Under the pieces are notes generated by a model, which worked only from the letters and a program-made list of their open reading frames with translations, made no database searches and was not told the origin of the DNA. Shown here one piece after another: positions 13,171-26,640 of a stretch of 64,000 nt of DNA (position 1 is the first letter of the stretch; the number at the start of each line of letters is the position of its first letter). Source of the DNA: Camelus ferus (Eukaryota); assembly GCF_009834535.1 (NCBI RefSeq), contig NC_045732.1, positions 23,312,001 through 23,376,000 of the forward strand, written 5' to 3'. The position numbers and the translations under genes were made by a program.

Positions 13171-14734
13171 TTTGTTTGTTTGCTTCTTTGTTTTAATCAT
13201 TATTTATGCTAATTTTTTCTCTACATATTATTAGATGTTAGTTTCACAAAACCTTTGCAACCTCTTTCTGGATTTATCTATTTTTAAAACTCCCCCTTTT
13301 GGTGAAAGACTTTTTTTAATGCATCTCAAAATGTTACTTGAAAATCCCCATAATATCCTAATAAAAATTCAGATAATGAGATTGTCTAGAAAATATACTA
13401 GACCTGACTAGCATATTACTTAGATACATGTGGGAAGCTCACTGCTTGGGGATTTTGAATTTCAGATTGTGATGTCCACATCTTACAATGGATGTCCAAC
13501 CTTCCACAGAATCGAGAGGATTCTTTTAAGCAATGGAACAGCAAAGATGGCATATGGAGACCACTATGAGGCTCTCTCATTTTGCACTCAGAAGGGGAAA
13601 GAGAGGAGGGGGAGGCCAAAAGGAGGTAAAAGACTCAGAGAGAGTTGCGGGAAATCCACGGAGACATAATATGCTAACTACTGTTTATAGCTCTGGGAAT
13701 AGCCAGAGGGGTAGTGCCTGAGGTAGAATAGTGCGTCTGATTTGGACCCACTTGGAAGCTTGTCAAATTCACTTCTTTCTCCTTTCTCCAATTCAGACTA
13801 CTCTCCCCAAGTTACTCCTTCAGTTCCACCTGACATTTATCCATCCAGTCCCCATCACTCTGGCCAGTGAGTGGTGAGGAAAATGAAGGAATGAGAAAAA
13901 GAGAACAATAAGAACATATATGTTCACAATCCTTCCCCCACTTCTGCATCTCCCTATCTGATATCAGTCCAGTAAGCATTCTGTTTAATTTGCCTCACCT
14001 GCAGCGATAACACTGGTCTCCATAGAGAAGTAGTATCACCTAAGCCATGGTAATGAACTCCCCTACAGAACAATAAAGGTGAAATAAGGTGGTGACAAAA
14101 TCCCACAGGAAGGACTATTAACTAATGTTATTAAGTGATACTTTCTTAGTGAAAATTCCCTCCACTGTAATATTTCATTATTAATAGTCCTTGGGAGTTT
14201 AAAGACAAGAAATACCTTTTAATTTCTCTGGCTTGGTCTCCTGGTACTCATAAAGGAATCTGAGCTATGCTTTATGATGCCAAAAACCACCAGTCAATCC
14301 AGTCAATATGATAATACAACAACAACCAACCACATTATTTGGCGTTATATAGACAAAGCAGCTAATTGTTTGACTGAAGTATTCACATGCAGATCAGTTA
14401 TTTTGACATCATATGGGCACAAGTGAAGTCAATATTTAAATAGTAATTTAAAAATCATTAATTGGAACCATATTTGTTGATTATCTCGTATATACAGGAA
14501 TTTTTCTCATTTAACAGATGGCTTTGCATCAATCCCATCTTTGAAATTAGTAAACACAGATTTTTCTAACTGTGGAAAGGAAGTAAATACATAAGAAGGG
14601 GCCAGAGGCAGAAGGCAACTTAAAGATAACTCCGCAAACTGTGGCAGTGGTAATTCTTTAGTGGTAGTAAGATAATCTGTGGAAGAGATGGCACTTGGGA
14701 ATTTAAACATTGGAGGCTGCAATTATTAATCTGA

Positions 14735-15170
14735 TGTGTTAGATTCCTGGGGCTGCCATAACAAAATAGCTCAAACTNNNNNNNNNNNNNNNNNNNNNNN
14801 NNNNNNNNNNNNNNNNNNNNNNNNNNNNNNNNNNNNNNNNNNNNNNNNNNNNNNNNNNNNNNNNNNNNNNNNNNNNNNNNNNNNNNNNNNNNNNNNNNNN
14901 NNNNNNNNNNNNNNNNNNNNNNNNNNNNNNNNNNNNNNNNNNNNNNNNNNNNNNNCATGTTCACATGGTGTTTTCCCTGCGAGTGTGTCTCCAAATTTCT
15001 CCTGTTTATAAGGACATCAGTTATATTGAATTAGCGGCCCATTCTACTGTGTATAAACTTACCTTAACTAATTACATCTGCCATGACCCTAGTTCCCACT
15101 AAGATCCTGAGGGTTAGGACTTTAATATATGAATTAGTGAGCTTGTTGGGGTGCAATTCAGCCTGTTACA
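14735..15170 (-). mobile_element. MLT1 (MaLR) solo LTR, interrupted by an N gap
   Basis: Starts tgtgttagattcctggggctgccataacaaa and ends caattcagcctgttaca. Flanks tctga/tctgg give a near 5-bp TSD. Confidence 0.85.
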
Positions 15171-16789
15171 TCTGGTATAGATTACTGTTCTGGTATAGAG
15201 ATTAATACCGTCTAATAGAGGCCCAGAAGTCTCTGTGAGCTCTGGCAAGAGTCATCTTTGACTGGATGTTGTGGGGTGAAGATAAGGGCAAAGTAGAAAT
15301 CTACTGTCAACTAGACACTGGCAATATAAAATACTATTTTTTCACTTAATGCCCTTTTGATGCCTTCTTCCCACATTTGAGAGCACTGGGACTAAAAGTT
15401 GCTTTAAGATTTGGAGTCCAAGAGAAGCTTGAGCTTTGGTGAATCACCCACATTTTTTGAGGATGCTTTAGGTCTCCCCTTGGCTTGAAGATTACAGTGC
15501 AAGAAAATTCCTACTTGTGTATTTTCCAGTCCAGTTTGAAGTTTGTTGTCAGAAGACTCATGGGTGTTTTCTTTCTTTCTTTTTTTTTTTTTCACTTTTT
15601 ATAAAATTACTATCTCCCACAAGAGGTATTCTCCCCAAGAATTTTCATATTTTTTATCTAACAGGTGTGCTTTCAGAGTCTTCCCTTCTACTTTATTTGA
15701 AAACATATGCCTTAGTTGCCCCATTTACCTATCAGCATCCCCTTCCTCAGGCAACACCTTGGCCATCTCTACCCCATCGTCACCCTTGTGTGGCTTTCTA
15801 GTTGAATTTGGGAGACTCTCGGCTATTTACCACCTGGAAGAAAGGGGATTGAGGTCATCCTTTTAAATATCTTAAACCCCTAGGTTTGAACCATCATGTC
15901 TCAATGGTCAGCCCTTGATGTGAGTGATGGATTGTGCTTGCAATGCTATCTCTTTCCTGAGACTATCACTAGCAGTGCCTTGGTAGACTTTCTCTGAGTC
16001 ATGTCACAGAGTATTTGTATCAGTGTTAAACTGGCCTTAGAAGGAACCTTGCTCTTGCCTGTGATAAACCCTCATCTTTTGAGAACTTCGGAAGTGGCTC
16101 CTTTTAATTGTTGGTGATTTTTGTTGCAAAGCTTTTAGTAAGATAATAATAGAGGCTACGAATGCATGATAGAGGAGCAATTGGAGGGCTGAGTCAAACC
16201 ACCATGCAATTTGGTGGGGAAAAAAATTGTCAGGCGAAGTTTTCATTCGGCACCTCTTGGCTAAATGTTGTTTATACTTGTATATACATATTTCATGATT
16301 ACGTGTTTATATATGTGCATATGCAAACAAAGTCATGTTTCTTAGTTGTCAAGTAGAAGTTATTGAAGTAAAACATGATTGTCTCTCTATACAAATCAAT
16401 GACTAATTATCTATTATAAGCCCACTATGTGTATCACTGGGGGGATGAAAGGAGGTAAAAATCCAGATTCCTGTTCTCAAAGAGCTTTATATCTTGGTGG
16501 GGAGATGAGATTCTTCATTCATTCAACATAAATTTAATAAGCACCTAATATATACTCTGTCCAATTCGAGAACAGATATCTGTTGTAAGATATCATCTCT
16601 ATCTAAAGAAGGTCATACTTTACTGGAAGATGTAGGCGAAGTGACAGAAGGTGACAAAGGAGGAACACATAGGGCATTGCAAGAGTTTGTATGAGAGGGT
16701 TGGGGAGGCTTGCTGGATGTGGAAGATAACTAAGACTAATGCATAACAGCATCATAAGTGTTCGGCCCTAAATGAGTGGTGCAAGTGTA

Positions 16790-17135
16790 TGTGATATGGA
16801 TGGACTTGGAGGCCATTATGCTTAGTGAGAGGAGTCAGACAGAGAAAGACAAATATTGTATGATATCAGTTATCTATGGAATCTAAAAAATATATAACAA
16901 CTAGTAAATAGAACAAAAAAGAAGCAGATTCACAGATACAGAGAACAAACTAGTGGTTACCAGTGGGGAGGGAGGCAGGGGGAGCAAAATACGGGTGGGG
17001 AATGGGGAGCTACCAACTATTGGGTGTAAGATAAGGATGTATTGTACAACACAAGAAATATAGCCAATATTTAGTAACAGCTATAAATGGAAGGTAACCT
17101 TTAAACATTGTATAAAAATTTAAAAAATTTTAACA
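16790..17135 (+). mobile_element. Relatively young L1 3' end (artiodactyl-type)
   Basis: atggatggacttggaggccattatgcttagtgag...agtcagacagagaaagacaaatattgtatgat...gtggttaccagtggggaggg...A-rich tail. Confidence 0.85.
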
Positions 17136-17559
17136 ATTGGACAAATGAGCAAGGTCGTATGCATAAGAAGTTCATTGTAGTATAATTTATATTAATAAAA
17201 ATGTCTATTAATCTAAGTAAGTTAAAGCACATTTATATGTTGGAGTACTATGCACCTCTTAAAAACAGTGACTTTCATCTATTTTGTTCCCATGGAACAA
17301 TATCCAAAATATATGTAGAAAAAACTCAGATAGCTAAATGATTTGTAAGACTTTTGTAAAAAAAAAAAAAGAAAAGAAAAAAGACTAAAGTCATAAATAT
17401 TACAAGATAACTGGTGGTTAGTTTTTTCCGGTGGTGAGTTTTGCAATGATTTTTTACTTTTTTCTTACTCACTTTCTGCATTGTCTAGTTTTTCTACACT
17501 GATAGTTTGTTACTTTGAAAATAAAAATGTCTATTGCCATTCTGAAACATAAAAAAATT

Positions 17560-17945
17560 AAGATGGGAGGTCACTTCATGCTGGGGTGATGAGGGAGGAC
17601 TTCATGAAGGAGTGTGATTTGTGTGAAAGTTGATGTCAAAAAGTACACGTGCCTGGCCCCTCTGCTACTGTGCATCGTGGAAACTCTTAGTAGAGAGTTG
17701 AGTGAGGAGACAAGCCCAGGATCTGGTATAGGTTGGAGCTGGATGTAATTAACCAAGAGAGAAGGATTTGACATTGAATCTGAACCCAGCTAGTAGTGCT
17801 ATTCAAGGGTAGTCACCTGTGGCATCAGCATTTGGATAGGCTGAGTGGTTGCTAGTGGGGAGTGGGCCTCATAGCAGATGGATTTGGGAATGGAATAGGG
17901 TGATTATTTTGAGTTGATGGATAGATATTGGAAGGAGGAGGCTAT
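17560..17945 (-). mobile_element. L2 fragment
   Basis: gaggacttcatgaaggagtgtgattt...; preceded by further L2 pieces at ~16.5-16.7 kb. Confidence 0.55.
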
Positions 17946-17949
17946 TCTG

Positions 17950-18380
17950 GTGTATGAGTTAGGAATGATTTTGTCTGCAAGTTACAAAACCCAGCTAAGA
18001 GTGGCTTTAACCAAAAAAGGACTGATTTTTCCTGCATAATTCAAAATCTGGAGGTATCCATTGGGCATTGATTCAGTGGCTCAAGAACATCAGAGATGGC
18101 ATCTCTGCCCTTCTGGTCTTGCCTTCATGTTTGTTGCCTTATGGTTGAAATATGACTATTACAATTCTAAATATCAGATACGCATTTCAGGCAGGAAAAG
18201 GGGGCGAAGTTACGTCTGTTCCTTTAATAAGGAAAGTAGTATTTTCTCAGAAGCACCGCAGCAGATTTCCTGTTGTGTCTGAATGGCCAGACCTGTAGCA
18301 CATGGTCACTCCTACAAGCAAGAGAGAAAGAGATTAGGGTTTTCAGTCTGTCAGAAAAAGGGAGAGGGGATTGGAAATGA
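17950..18380 (-). mobile_element. MLT1 (old MaLR) LTR
   Basis: tgtatgagttaggaatgattttgtctgcaagttacaaaacccagctaagagtggcttta... is a typical antisense old MLT1 start. Confidence 0.7.
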
Positions 18381-19699
18381 GCGTCCGGAGNNNNNNNNNN
18401 NNNNNNNNNNNNNNNNNNNNNNNNNNNNNNNNNNNNNNNNNNNNNNNNNNNNNNNNNNNNNNNNNNNNNNNNNNNNNNNNNNNNNNNNNNNNNNNNNNNN
18501 NNNNNNNNNNNNNNNNNNNNNNNNNNNNNNNNNNNNNNNNNNNNNNNNNNNNNNAGGCTTAGGCAGGGCTCTCTGTTCCCTTGGCTGGGGTGCAGGACTA
18601 CATGCAGTACCAGTAGCGGCCTCAAGGGGGAACCAAAGAGAAGGACACGCCACTGGGCCCCACGCAGAGCTCATTTCAGGACTCTTGTGGTCACTCCTCG
18701 CCACCATTGTGGCTTCTATACTGCTCCTCTGAATCCAGATCCTCACCCTGCCCCTCAGATGTTGGCTTTCTCTTCGATTCTGTCATTGGCCCCCTTCTTT
18801 TCTCACTCTGCCCACACCTGGAGAGAAGTCAGAAAACTGACATTGGCAGGGCCTGACTCCTGCCAGGCCTAGAAACTGTGCCAACCATGAGCTCCCTCTG
18901 GGTAGGGTTCAGAGTTGCCAAGTCTCACATCCCAGCCAGACAGAGAGGAGGAAAATAACAGGGACTTGAGTGCCCCATGTTCGATGCCAGCCCAGTCAGC
19001 ATGAAGCCAGACTGCAGTCACCCTGGGATAAAATATCTGTTCTCTGAAGACAAGTTTGATTCTGTACTTCTGCAGTTTCTACCTTTCCCTTTAGTGTCTT
19101 GGTAAACTTTTCCAGAAACCCCACGCTTGTCATCTCAGAACAAAAAGAAAAGGGGAATTGCCCATTGAGACCCTCTCCCTTACATCTTGGGCCAGGAATG
19201 GGAGAAGCCAAACTGTCCTAACCTGTGAGTCTAGTAAGGGTAGAGTGGTTAGTGAGGTAAATACCTTGGAGAGGGTAGCCAAGGACAAGTGTGATTTCAA
19301 CCGTCCTCTCACAAGGGCATTCGTTTAGAAGTGATTCTCAAGCAAGGTTGCTGGTGAGATTGGGAATTGAGAATTTCTGGTGAAGCTGAAATGTGATGGT
19401 TTAAAACAAAGCAGCACTTTGCCCTATTGAGTGGTTTTTAATCACAGTGTTTAATTTGTTTTGCATTGCAGAGAGCATTAAAGGTGGTCATGAATGTTTA
19501 TTAAAAGGTAGCATGGCCCACAAAAGCTGAGAAACCCTGCTGGGGACAATGACACAGAACAGAGTGGGGCGTGATGTGGAGACAAGTAAGACATACTTAT
19601 CTATGTTGCAAAGTTACCTAAGACAAAAACTTCTTTGCAGTATCAGTGAGAGGATTTGGCCACTTTAATGCACAATGTGTGGTGGGAGCTAAGCTTTGG

Positions 19700-20225
19700 A
19701 AGTCTGGCTAAGCCTGTGAACTCCCTCTCAGAAAATATTTTTAAATGCATAAAATAAAACACATAGGGTAACAAAGGAAATCAATTATATTGAAGTACAG
19801 CTGTTAAAATACTAAATACTAAAACAAAATACTAAACACTAATACAAAATGCTAAATTCTAATACAAAACACTAAGAAAACACAGATTTGTGCTAGAGTA
19901 ATCTGTGTGCTGCTTTATTAACGTGTCAAATAACAAGATCTAGCAACAGGTCTAATAATTACTGTGATGTTGAAGCAGTGATGAGTGTTCCCAGTATTTT
20001 GAGCTCCACAACAATCGAAATGTGATAAAACAACAACCTTGAGTTTTATTGGTGATAAAGCCACAGGCACTGGTAGTACAGTTGAGGCTTCTTGCCCATG
20101 CTGAGTTGAAGGAAATGCCAAATTTCAGTTAAAGATTGAAAACCAAAAGGTAAAAAATTTCCCATTCAAGTCATGGACCCCCTGAAATCTACCCGGAGAT
20201 CTTCTGGAGGTCCACAGGTTTAGAA
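19700..20225. mobile_element. hAT-Charlie DNA transposon remnant
   Basis: aaatgcataaaataaaacacataggg...aacaagatctagc...gaaggaaatgccaaatttcagtta...catggaccccctgaaatc. Confidence 0.7.
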
Positions 20226-20949
20226 ATGTGGAGCACAAAGATGAGAAAGAGGGGACTACACAGCAGCAGGTTAATGTTGCAATCAAGGCGGGCAGGAAGA
20301 AGCCCAGACACTAACCATGGGGGCAGCTCCGTCATTTGTCCCAGGCAGTATCTATCCTTTCGTGAACAGCCTGGAGCAGAAGCTGCATTCCATTTTCTGG
20401 ATCTGTTTGACCCTTAGATAACGCCAAGTCCAGGAAATGGTGCTGTTAATTTTTTATTGACAGTGGACTTGGTTATCTTGCCGGAGATGAATGGATTTGG
20501 AATCCGGTCCAAGCCTGGGAGGGTTTCTGGTGACAGTTTGCTCCCAGCCTTCCTGCCCTGACTGAATCTGATGAGTGTTCATGCAGTGTCAGCCAGTGTA
20601 ATGTTTATTTGCCTCCTCGCCGAATGTGCTAAATGCAAATGAAAAGCCAACATCAGACCAAAGAGAAAGGTGCAAGAAAAAAATTTGGCTTGAGGTCGTC
20701 CCTCTTTCTGAACATGGCACTGGGAGTTTAATTGCTAACACACATTGAGTCCTCTGTCAGAGGTCACCTCAAGACTCTTGTTAATCATTCTTCTCATTTT
20801 GCAAATGGAGCACTAGGACTGGCAAGGAGTTCAAGGCTGACGAGCATGTCAGAGTGTGATGAACAGAAATTTCCAACCAAAGAATCACAATCCTTCTGGC
20901 CAGGGACACAGTTAACTACACTTCTAAAGGCCTGGCCACCAGTAAGCAA

Positions 20950-21560
20950 GTCGTTATTGAATGCCTGGCACATGGCCAGCAAGGTGGGGATGGGGGCCTC
21001 TTGAGCTCCGATGGCTGGACGAGGCTTCTCTGAAGAGGTGACAGTGGAGTTAAGAGCTCAATGAGGAGAAGCAGGCAGTTGTGCAACGGTCTGGGTAAAA
21101 GCACTCCAGAGGGAAGAAATGGTATGTGGCACACCCCAAGAGGGCAGCAGGTGTTGAGGGACAGGTGGAAGGCCAGTGTGAGTGAGAGAGAGCATCGCAG
21201 TGGGTGGAGCCAGAGACATAGGTGGGTCCAGAGCTGGGAGGGCCCTTAGGTCATGGCGAGGAGTCAGGATTGTGGTCTGATTGAAGTGGGCAGCCCCTGG
21301 AGGGTTCTAAGTGGAGCAGCCTGCTTGGCCAGCGCCACAGGTCTCTGGCTACCAAGTGAGGACAGCAGATGCAGACTCCTGGTGCAGAGTTGTGATGACT
21401 TGGACTAGGGTCGTAGCTATGCAGATGGTGACAAGTGGCCAGATCCTGGAGATATTTCAAAAGCATGGATAATAGGACTTAAGTGATGAATTCCATAAGA
21501 GGTATGGGAGGAAGAGCGGTGTTGGGGATGACTCCTCAGTGACCTGGGGAGAAGTTTCTG
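20950..21560 (-). mobile_element. L2 fragment
   Basis: ggcttctctgaagaggtgacagtggagttaagagc...gcagcccctggagggttctaagtggag. Confidence 0.75.
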
Positions 21561-21799
21561 GGTGAGGGAAGGCTACCTCAAGGTCGGCCATACTGGCAGC
21601 ACTGTCCGTGGGGAAAATGGTAAATTATGTAGTTTGTCTTGTGCCCTCTCATGCTTTCCCCCACCCCGTGATCCTTCTCAATGCCCCAATCTTCTCAGAC
21701 TCTTAATTTCCTTCTTGGCTTCTCAAGAGTTGCAACCGCACACCTCTTTCTTAGAAAGCAGTGTGGGTGGAGTAGATAGAGGGGAGGGTTTGGAACACA

Positions 21800-21985
21800 A
21801 GGGGACTAGAGCTTGAATCCTGCCCCTCCCCCACCCCCATTTACTTATTGTGTGACCTGGGCAACTTGCTTCTGTTGTGTGATCTCGGTTGTTTGTCATC
21901 TATGAAGTGGGATGTAATAAGTTGTGTCATCAGAAGTTTTTTTGGTACTGAATAACACAACGGATGAAAAATGCCCAGCTGAAAG
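21800..21985 (+). mobile_element. MIR SINE
   Basis: tgtgtgacctgggcaacttgcttctg...tcatctatgaagtgggatgtaataa. Confidence 0.75.
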
Positions 21986-22004
21986 CAGGCTCTCAGCAAA
22001 CTCA

Positions 22005-22175
22005 TCCTAACTTCAAGTTCCCAGTTTTAAAGCTGGGGAGCTTTAAAAAGTACTCAGGCTCATGCCCCACCTCTTAGGGGTTTTGATTTGATTGATTGAA
22101 AGATGTTGAAGAATCATTATTTTTAAGAGCTCCCCCAGGTATTTATAATGAGCAGCTAGGTTCGAGATCCCCTGT
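22005..22175. mobile_element. MER5-type hAT MITE
   Basis: ggagctttaaaaagtactcaggctcatgccccacc...agagctcccccaggt...ggttcgagatcccctg. Confidence 0.65.
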
Positions 22176-22374
22176 TAAATTAATGGACAGTCTTAATTTA
22201 ATTAATGACCATCAAGTAGGTACTAGCATTTCTAGAAATATGTTGAGAGCTGTAAAGATTTACCCCAAGCTGGAGTTTTCACTTGAGGAACTGAGGGCTT
22301 TTCTATTAAAAGAAAAGAGTCCTTCAATAGCTAATATTTATTGCATACTTACTATGTGTCAGTGTTCTGAATTC

Positions 22375-22425
22375 CCTTTCTCTCTCTCTCTCTCTCCCCC
22401 CCATCTCTGTCTGTCTGTCTGTCTT
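22375..22425 (+). repeat. (TC)n/(TCTG)n microsatellite
   Basis: Read directly. Confidence 0.85.
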
Positions 22426-22529
22426 TCCCACTTTCTTTCTCTCTCATCTACCTGCTTCAGTACTGGGACAGACATTGGCAAGGACCCCTTCCTAGGCCCT
22501 GAATTCCTCTATGTGGAACTCCCATTTAA

Positions 22530-22950
22530 GACCTTTTCAGTGGCTTCTTACAGTGCTTAGGTTGAGGAGCAAAACTTGAACAAGGTTGCTGTCTCTCTGT
22601 CTCTGTCTCTCTCCCCTCACACCCTCTCTCTTTCTCTCCCTCACCTTAGCTAAGGGCCTTCTTTCTGTTCCTTGAAGATGCCACCTTCCCTGCCCCCTGA
22701 GGGCCTTCACACATGCTGCTTCCTCCAGCTTGCTCCCTTTACATTCCCTCTGCTCTGAAATTCTGGCTCCTGATGCTTAGATGCACGTTTTGTAGGTATC
22801 TACCTGTCTGCCTGCTTGTGGAGTGTCTGTCTTCCACATTGTGCTGTAAGCTCCACAAAGGTGGGGGCATGTCTCTTTTGCTCACCGTTGACTCCTCAGT
22901 GCCTAGCCCAGCACGGTCATATGTGCTGAGTAAATGCAGCAGTGAATACA
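22530..22950 (+). mobile_element. L2 3' end
   Basis: gagggccttcacacatgctgcttcct...tgtaagctccacaaagg...tcagtgcctagcccagcacgg. Confidence 0.75.
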
Positions 22951-23559
22951 TCGTCCCTCAGTGTTAGACTCAATCAGGAGTGGACTGTGGGTGGAGACAG
23001 ATTCCAGCGCCAGCCTCCCAGAGGACTCCAAGGGACCGTGCTCTCCCAACGTGAGTCCTTGGTGCTAAATCCAGTCAAGTGGTCACTCTTGGCCACACTC
23101 ATGGCCTCAGTGCACTTTTCTGTTATCTGGTCTTGGTCGAGGCCATGAAGTGGTTTTAATAATGTTGAGCCCCGTGCAAAAAGGTTTGGAATCTTAAACT
23201 GTTCTTTCCAAGAGACTCCTCTGCTTCTCTGTTAATTCCTGGCTGTGAATTGATCCATGTGCTGACTATTTATCTGGCAGTATTACCAATGTCTGTGCAA
23301 GGGGGCTTGATTCCATTCCACCGGCCCAAGGTGTTTCCTTATCAAAATGCTTCACTGGCCTAAGGGTCAAAAGCGAGATTATACTACTAGTAATATAGAG
23401 TATGATTTTGATGCCTGTCTACACCTCCTATGGGGGAATGTGTGGTGTATTTAGAAAACAAAGCTCCAAAGTCATTTTTATTCCCCCATCCCCAAATATT
23501 AGACCTTTCATTTTTCAAGTTTGTGGTGCTGAAAACCCCATGCATATCACTGACAACAT

Positions 23560-24050
23560 CTGCTGAAGTGCTTTTAGCCTGGGGTCCCTCATAAGCAAAC
23601 TTCCAGATAAGATATGGATGCAAATGGTTTATTTGGGAGCGATCCCAGAAAGCGCTGGTAGGAAAGGGGTGAAGTGAGACAGGGAAGGGAAGGAAGCCAA
23701 TACAGAGACATGTTAGTGACAGCCTTACTGTTGTGAGTGACTGACCGTCGGTTCTGCTGCGGGCCTCAGGAGGACCGTGTACAATGTGCCTCAGAGTTGT
23801 TCCATCTAAGGGATGAGGAAGTGGGGCTGTGTATCCACCCACTCTCACCCTTCACTGGTTGACAGCCCCTGGGGGTGGTGTTAACCTCTGGCCCTTCTGG
23901 CCTTCCCGGTGTCTGGACAGAGCGTGCTCCTGTGGCTCGAGAGGCCTTTCAGGCAGGGGGTCCACAGGGGGGCCTTGAAAGCCACAGGCATGTAAGAGAA
24001 TGGTGGGTGGCCAGAGGACTTGGGCACGGTGCCAAGAGCTTCTGCCGTAG
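23560..24050 (-). mobile_element. LTR16-type ERVL solo LTR
   Basis: gcaaatggtttatttgggagcgatcccagaaagc...gaagtgagacagggaagggaaggaagccaata is antisense LTR16. Confidence 0.85.
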
Positions 24051-26004
24051 CTGCTCTACCAGGGAGCTCTGTATGTGCCATGTTGCTCGGAGTGGCAAAA
24101 ATAAAAGTTAAAACATTTTGCTGGAGGCTTATAAGATTCAAACTGATGATAATTAAGGCAGATATACAGGACATAGAGAGTAGATGTTCAGGAGGTACCC
24201 GTATCTTCAGCAAATACAAACAAGTAAACAAATCAAGAAAACTTTCTCCCAAATGCAAACTGGTACGTTTTACCTGTCAGCACCAGCCCCCTTCCCATTC
24301 TATAGATGAACTTGATTTTTTGCGGGGGTTGGGGCCAGATTGAGGAAATATCAAAGAGATCACAAAACAATTGTCAGAAAAATGTTCATCCTTACCTTGA
24401 TATGCTTTGCATACAACTTTCCAGCAATTAACAGGGAAACTATGGGTGGATTTAAACTGACATATTTATCAAAAAATTTTTTTCTGCCTGTTTGATACAA
24501 GTTTAAGAGCTGTTACACTGAATGTAAGTTGTCCTATAAGTTAGTGTTTATGATACTAGCCTGAGTCAAAACGCATATAATGATGAAGAATTGAGAAGAA
24601 CTGTGATAAATAATGGGCAAAAATATTGATATGCAGAGCTGTCACTGTGCGAAGGTGTCCTGTGTAGAGGAGGCTAGGTGGGGGTAAAGACTAGTGTTTA
24701 AGGTGAGCCAGCAGCTGGCCTACGAGATTGGCAGAAACAGTAGAACTATTGTGAAACATTTGTCTTATATCCTTCGTTTCCTTTATAGAATTTCATGTGT
24801 TTTTCCCCCACTGAAAGGTAAACTAAAACAGGGGCTATTAACTCAAAACATTGTTTATCAGGGGAAGGCCTTATTCTGCCACACAAACGTCAACTGGAAG
24901 TGTAAGAAAAAAAAACATTTATTTTGGCTGGCTTGTATTTTGCTTTGGGTTTGACTGAAAACCATTAGCATTTATTCCCAGCTCCCCCCACTACCTCTAA
25001 ATCACTGAGCCAAAGGCTGGTTTCATTTTCTTCAGGTCATATTAGCTCTGGGCATGAGGGGCTCCGTGATGCTCAAAAAGGGAAGCTAAAAGCTTTCAGT
25101 CAACATCTGCCTGAGCTCCGTTTTAAAGTGTTCAGCTCGATTCATTGCATTAATAATTTGTCGAGGTGGTCTTTTGAAAACCAAAGTTATTTATTTAGGG
25201 AATCATCTTCTTACATTTCTTGAAATATTTGTTGCTTAATATTTAATCAAAATATAACATAACCCAAACACTAGAGAAATAAAGATACCCTACAGATATG
25301 ACAACATAATTATGGCATTCATGTGTAAAAACCAATATTAAAGAGTTTCCAGTTTTCTAAATGATTTTTTAAGCTTGAATTCATTTCTGGGCTATGATTC
25401 TTCTGGAATGAAAGATGTTCAGTCCAGTTTGAAAGTAGAGTTACTGATGAGGTTGTTAAATATCAAGGGTTGGGAACCTTTTTCTAAGCCTTAGTATAAA
25501 GTTCTGTTTACCTTTTTCCTTTGGGGGGTTGACTGTGTCCTCATGCCAGAGTATAGGCACAATTACATGTGTGGTCTAATTCTTGTGAGGGTTGGTACCT
25601 CGTAGGCCCCTCCCATGACTGGCTGGTGAGGGCAGGCTTTGAAAGGAGTAATGACAGAGGTGTAGTCCTACCTGGTCTAGCATCGTCCAAATCCCCACTA
25701 TTGACTCCTGTGCAATAGGTGGATTTCCCTATGGGGTTAATGGATAAAAGGGCTTCTTGAAGACTCCCATAGATCTCTTCCATAGGAGCTACCTTTAGAT
25801 GTACACAGTATGCCCTTGTGAAATGGCCCAGAAGCCCACATGACAGTTGAAGGAGGAAGAAAAGCAGAAAGAATAATGGTGGGGAATGGTGATAGTATCA
25901 GAATCACCTCTACAGCTTCTAAAAATAACATATTGATCCTTTCCCCAATCCCTCACTAGCGCTGGAAAAATCCACTTTCTTCTTTCATTGACAGGCCCTG
26001 CTTG

Positions 26005-26640
26005 GTGAGAATATCAATCAGGATCTAGTTGAGAAAAGAGAAACTACACTAGGAATTTAAATGGAAGGGATTTAATACAGGAATTGGTTCTGCGGGTGTT
26101 GGAAGGCTCCCAAGCAAAAGGAGAAGCCTAGCAAGGCCCTAGATGAACAGCTGCAGGAAGCAGTCACCACCCTGGGCTGGGAGGATGAGAGGGAGACGGG
26201 GTGTTTCAGAACCCAGGAGCTTGGAAAAGGAGCATGTTGGGATTGGTGCCTGGACCTCTGTGGGGCAGGTGCCCTGCTGCTGGTGCTGGAGCCAACGATG
26301 GGGTGATCCCATGCATGCTCTGATGGCCTAGTAGCATGGCCCAGTGAGTGAGGGAACACAGGTGACTGATCCTCCAGCCACTGCTGGCAGCTCTGAGGGT
26401 GCTAGGTGAGGCTGCCGTTGGAATGATGCTGACAGAGACCTGGAAAGAACTAGGAAGTCCCTCTTCCCCTCCTCCCGCATTTCAGTTTTCTCTTGGAGAT
26501 CCTCCGTGTTCAGTCTCCCACTGGTAGAACTGGACAGGAAGGCAGCTAGTAAGGGAGCTGGGAGAATGTGGTTTGCAGAGTTCTAGCTCAAGTTTCATAG
26601 AAAGATGAGCTTAGATCTGAGGGACAATCACAGTAGCCCT
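26005..26640 (-). mobile_element. Old ERVL-class LTR (LTR33/LTR41-like)
   Basis: aagggagctgggagaatgtggtttgcagagttctagc...gatctgagggacaat resembles old ERVL LTR ends. Confidence 0.55.

Noticed and set aside
11160-24050. Two LTR16-type elements as the ends of one provirus
   Set aside because: They are in opposite orientation, diverged from each other, and there is no gag/pol between them.
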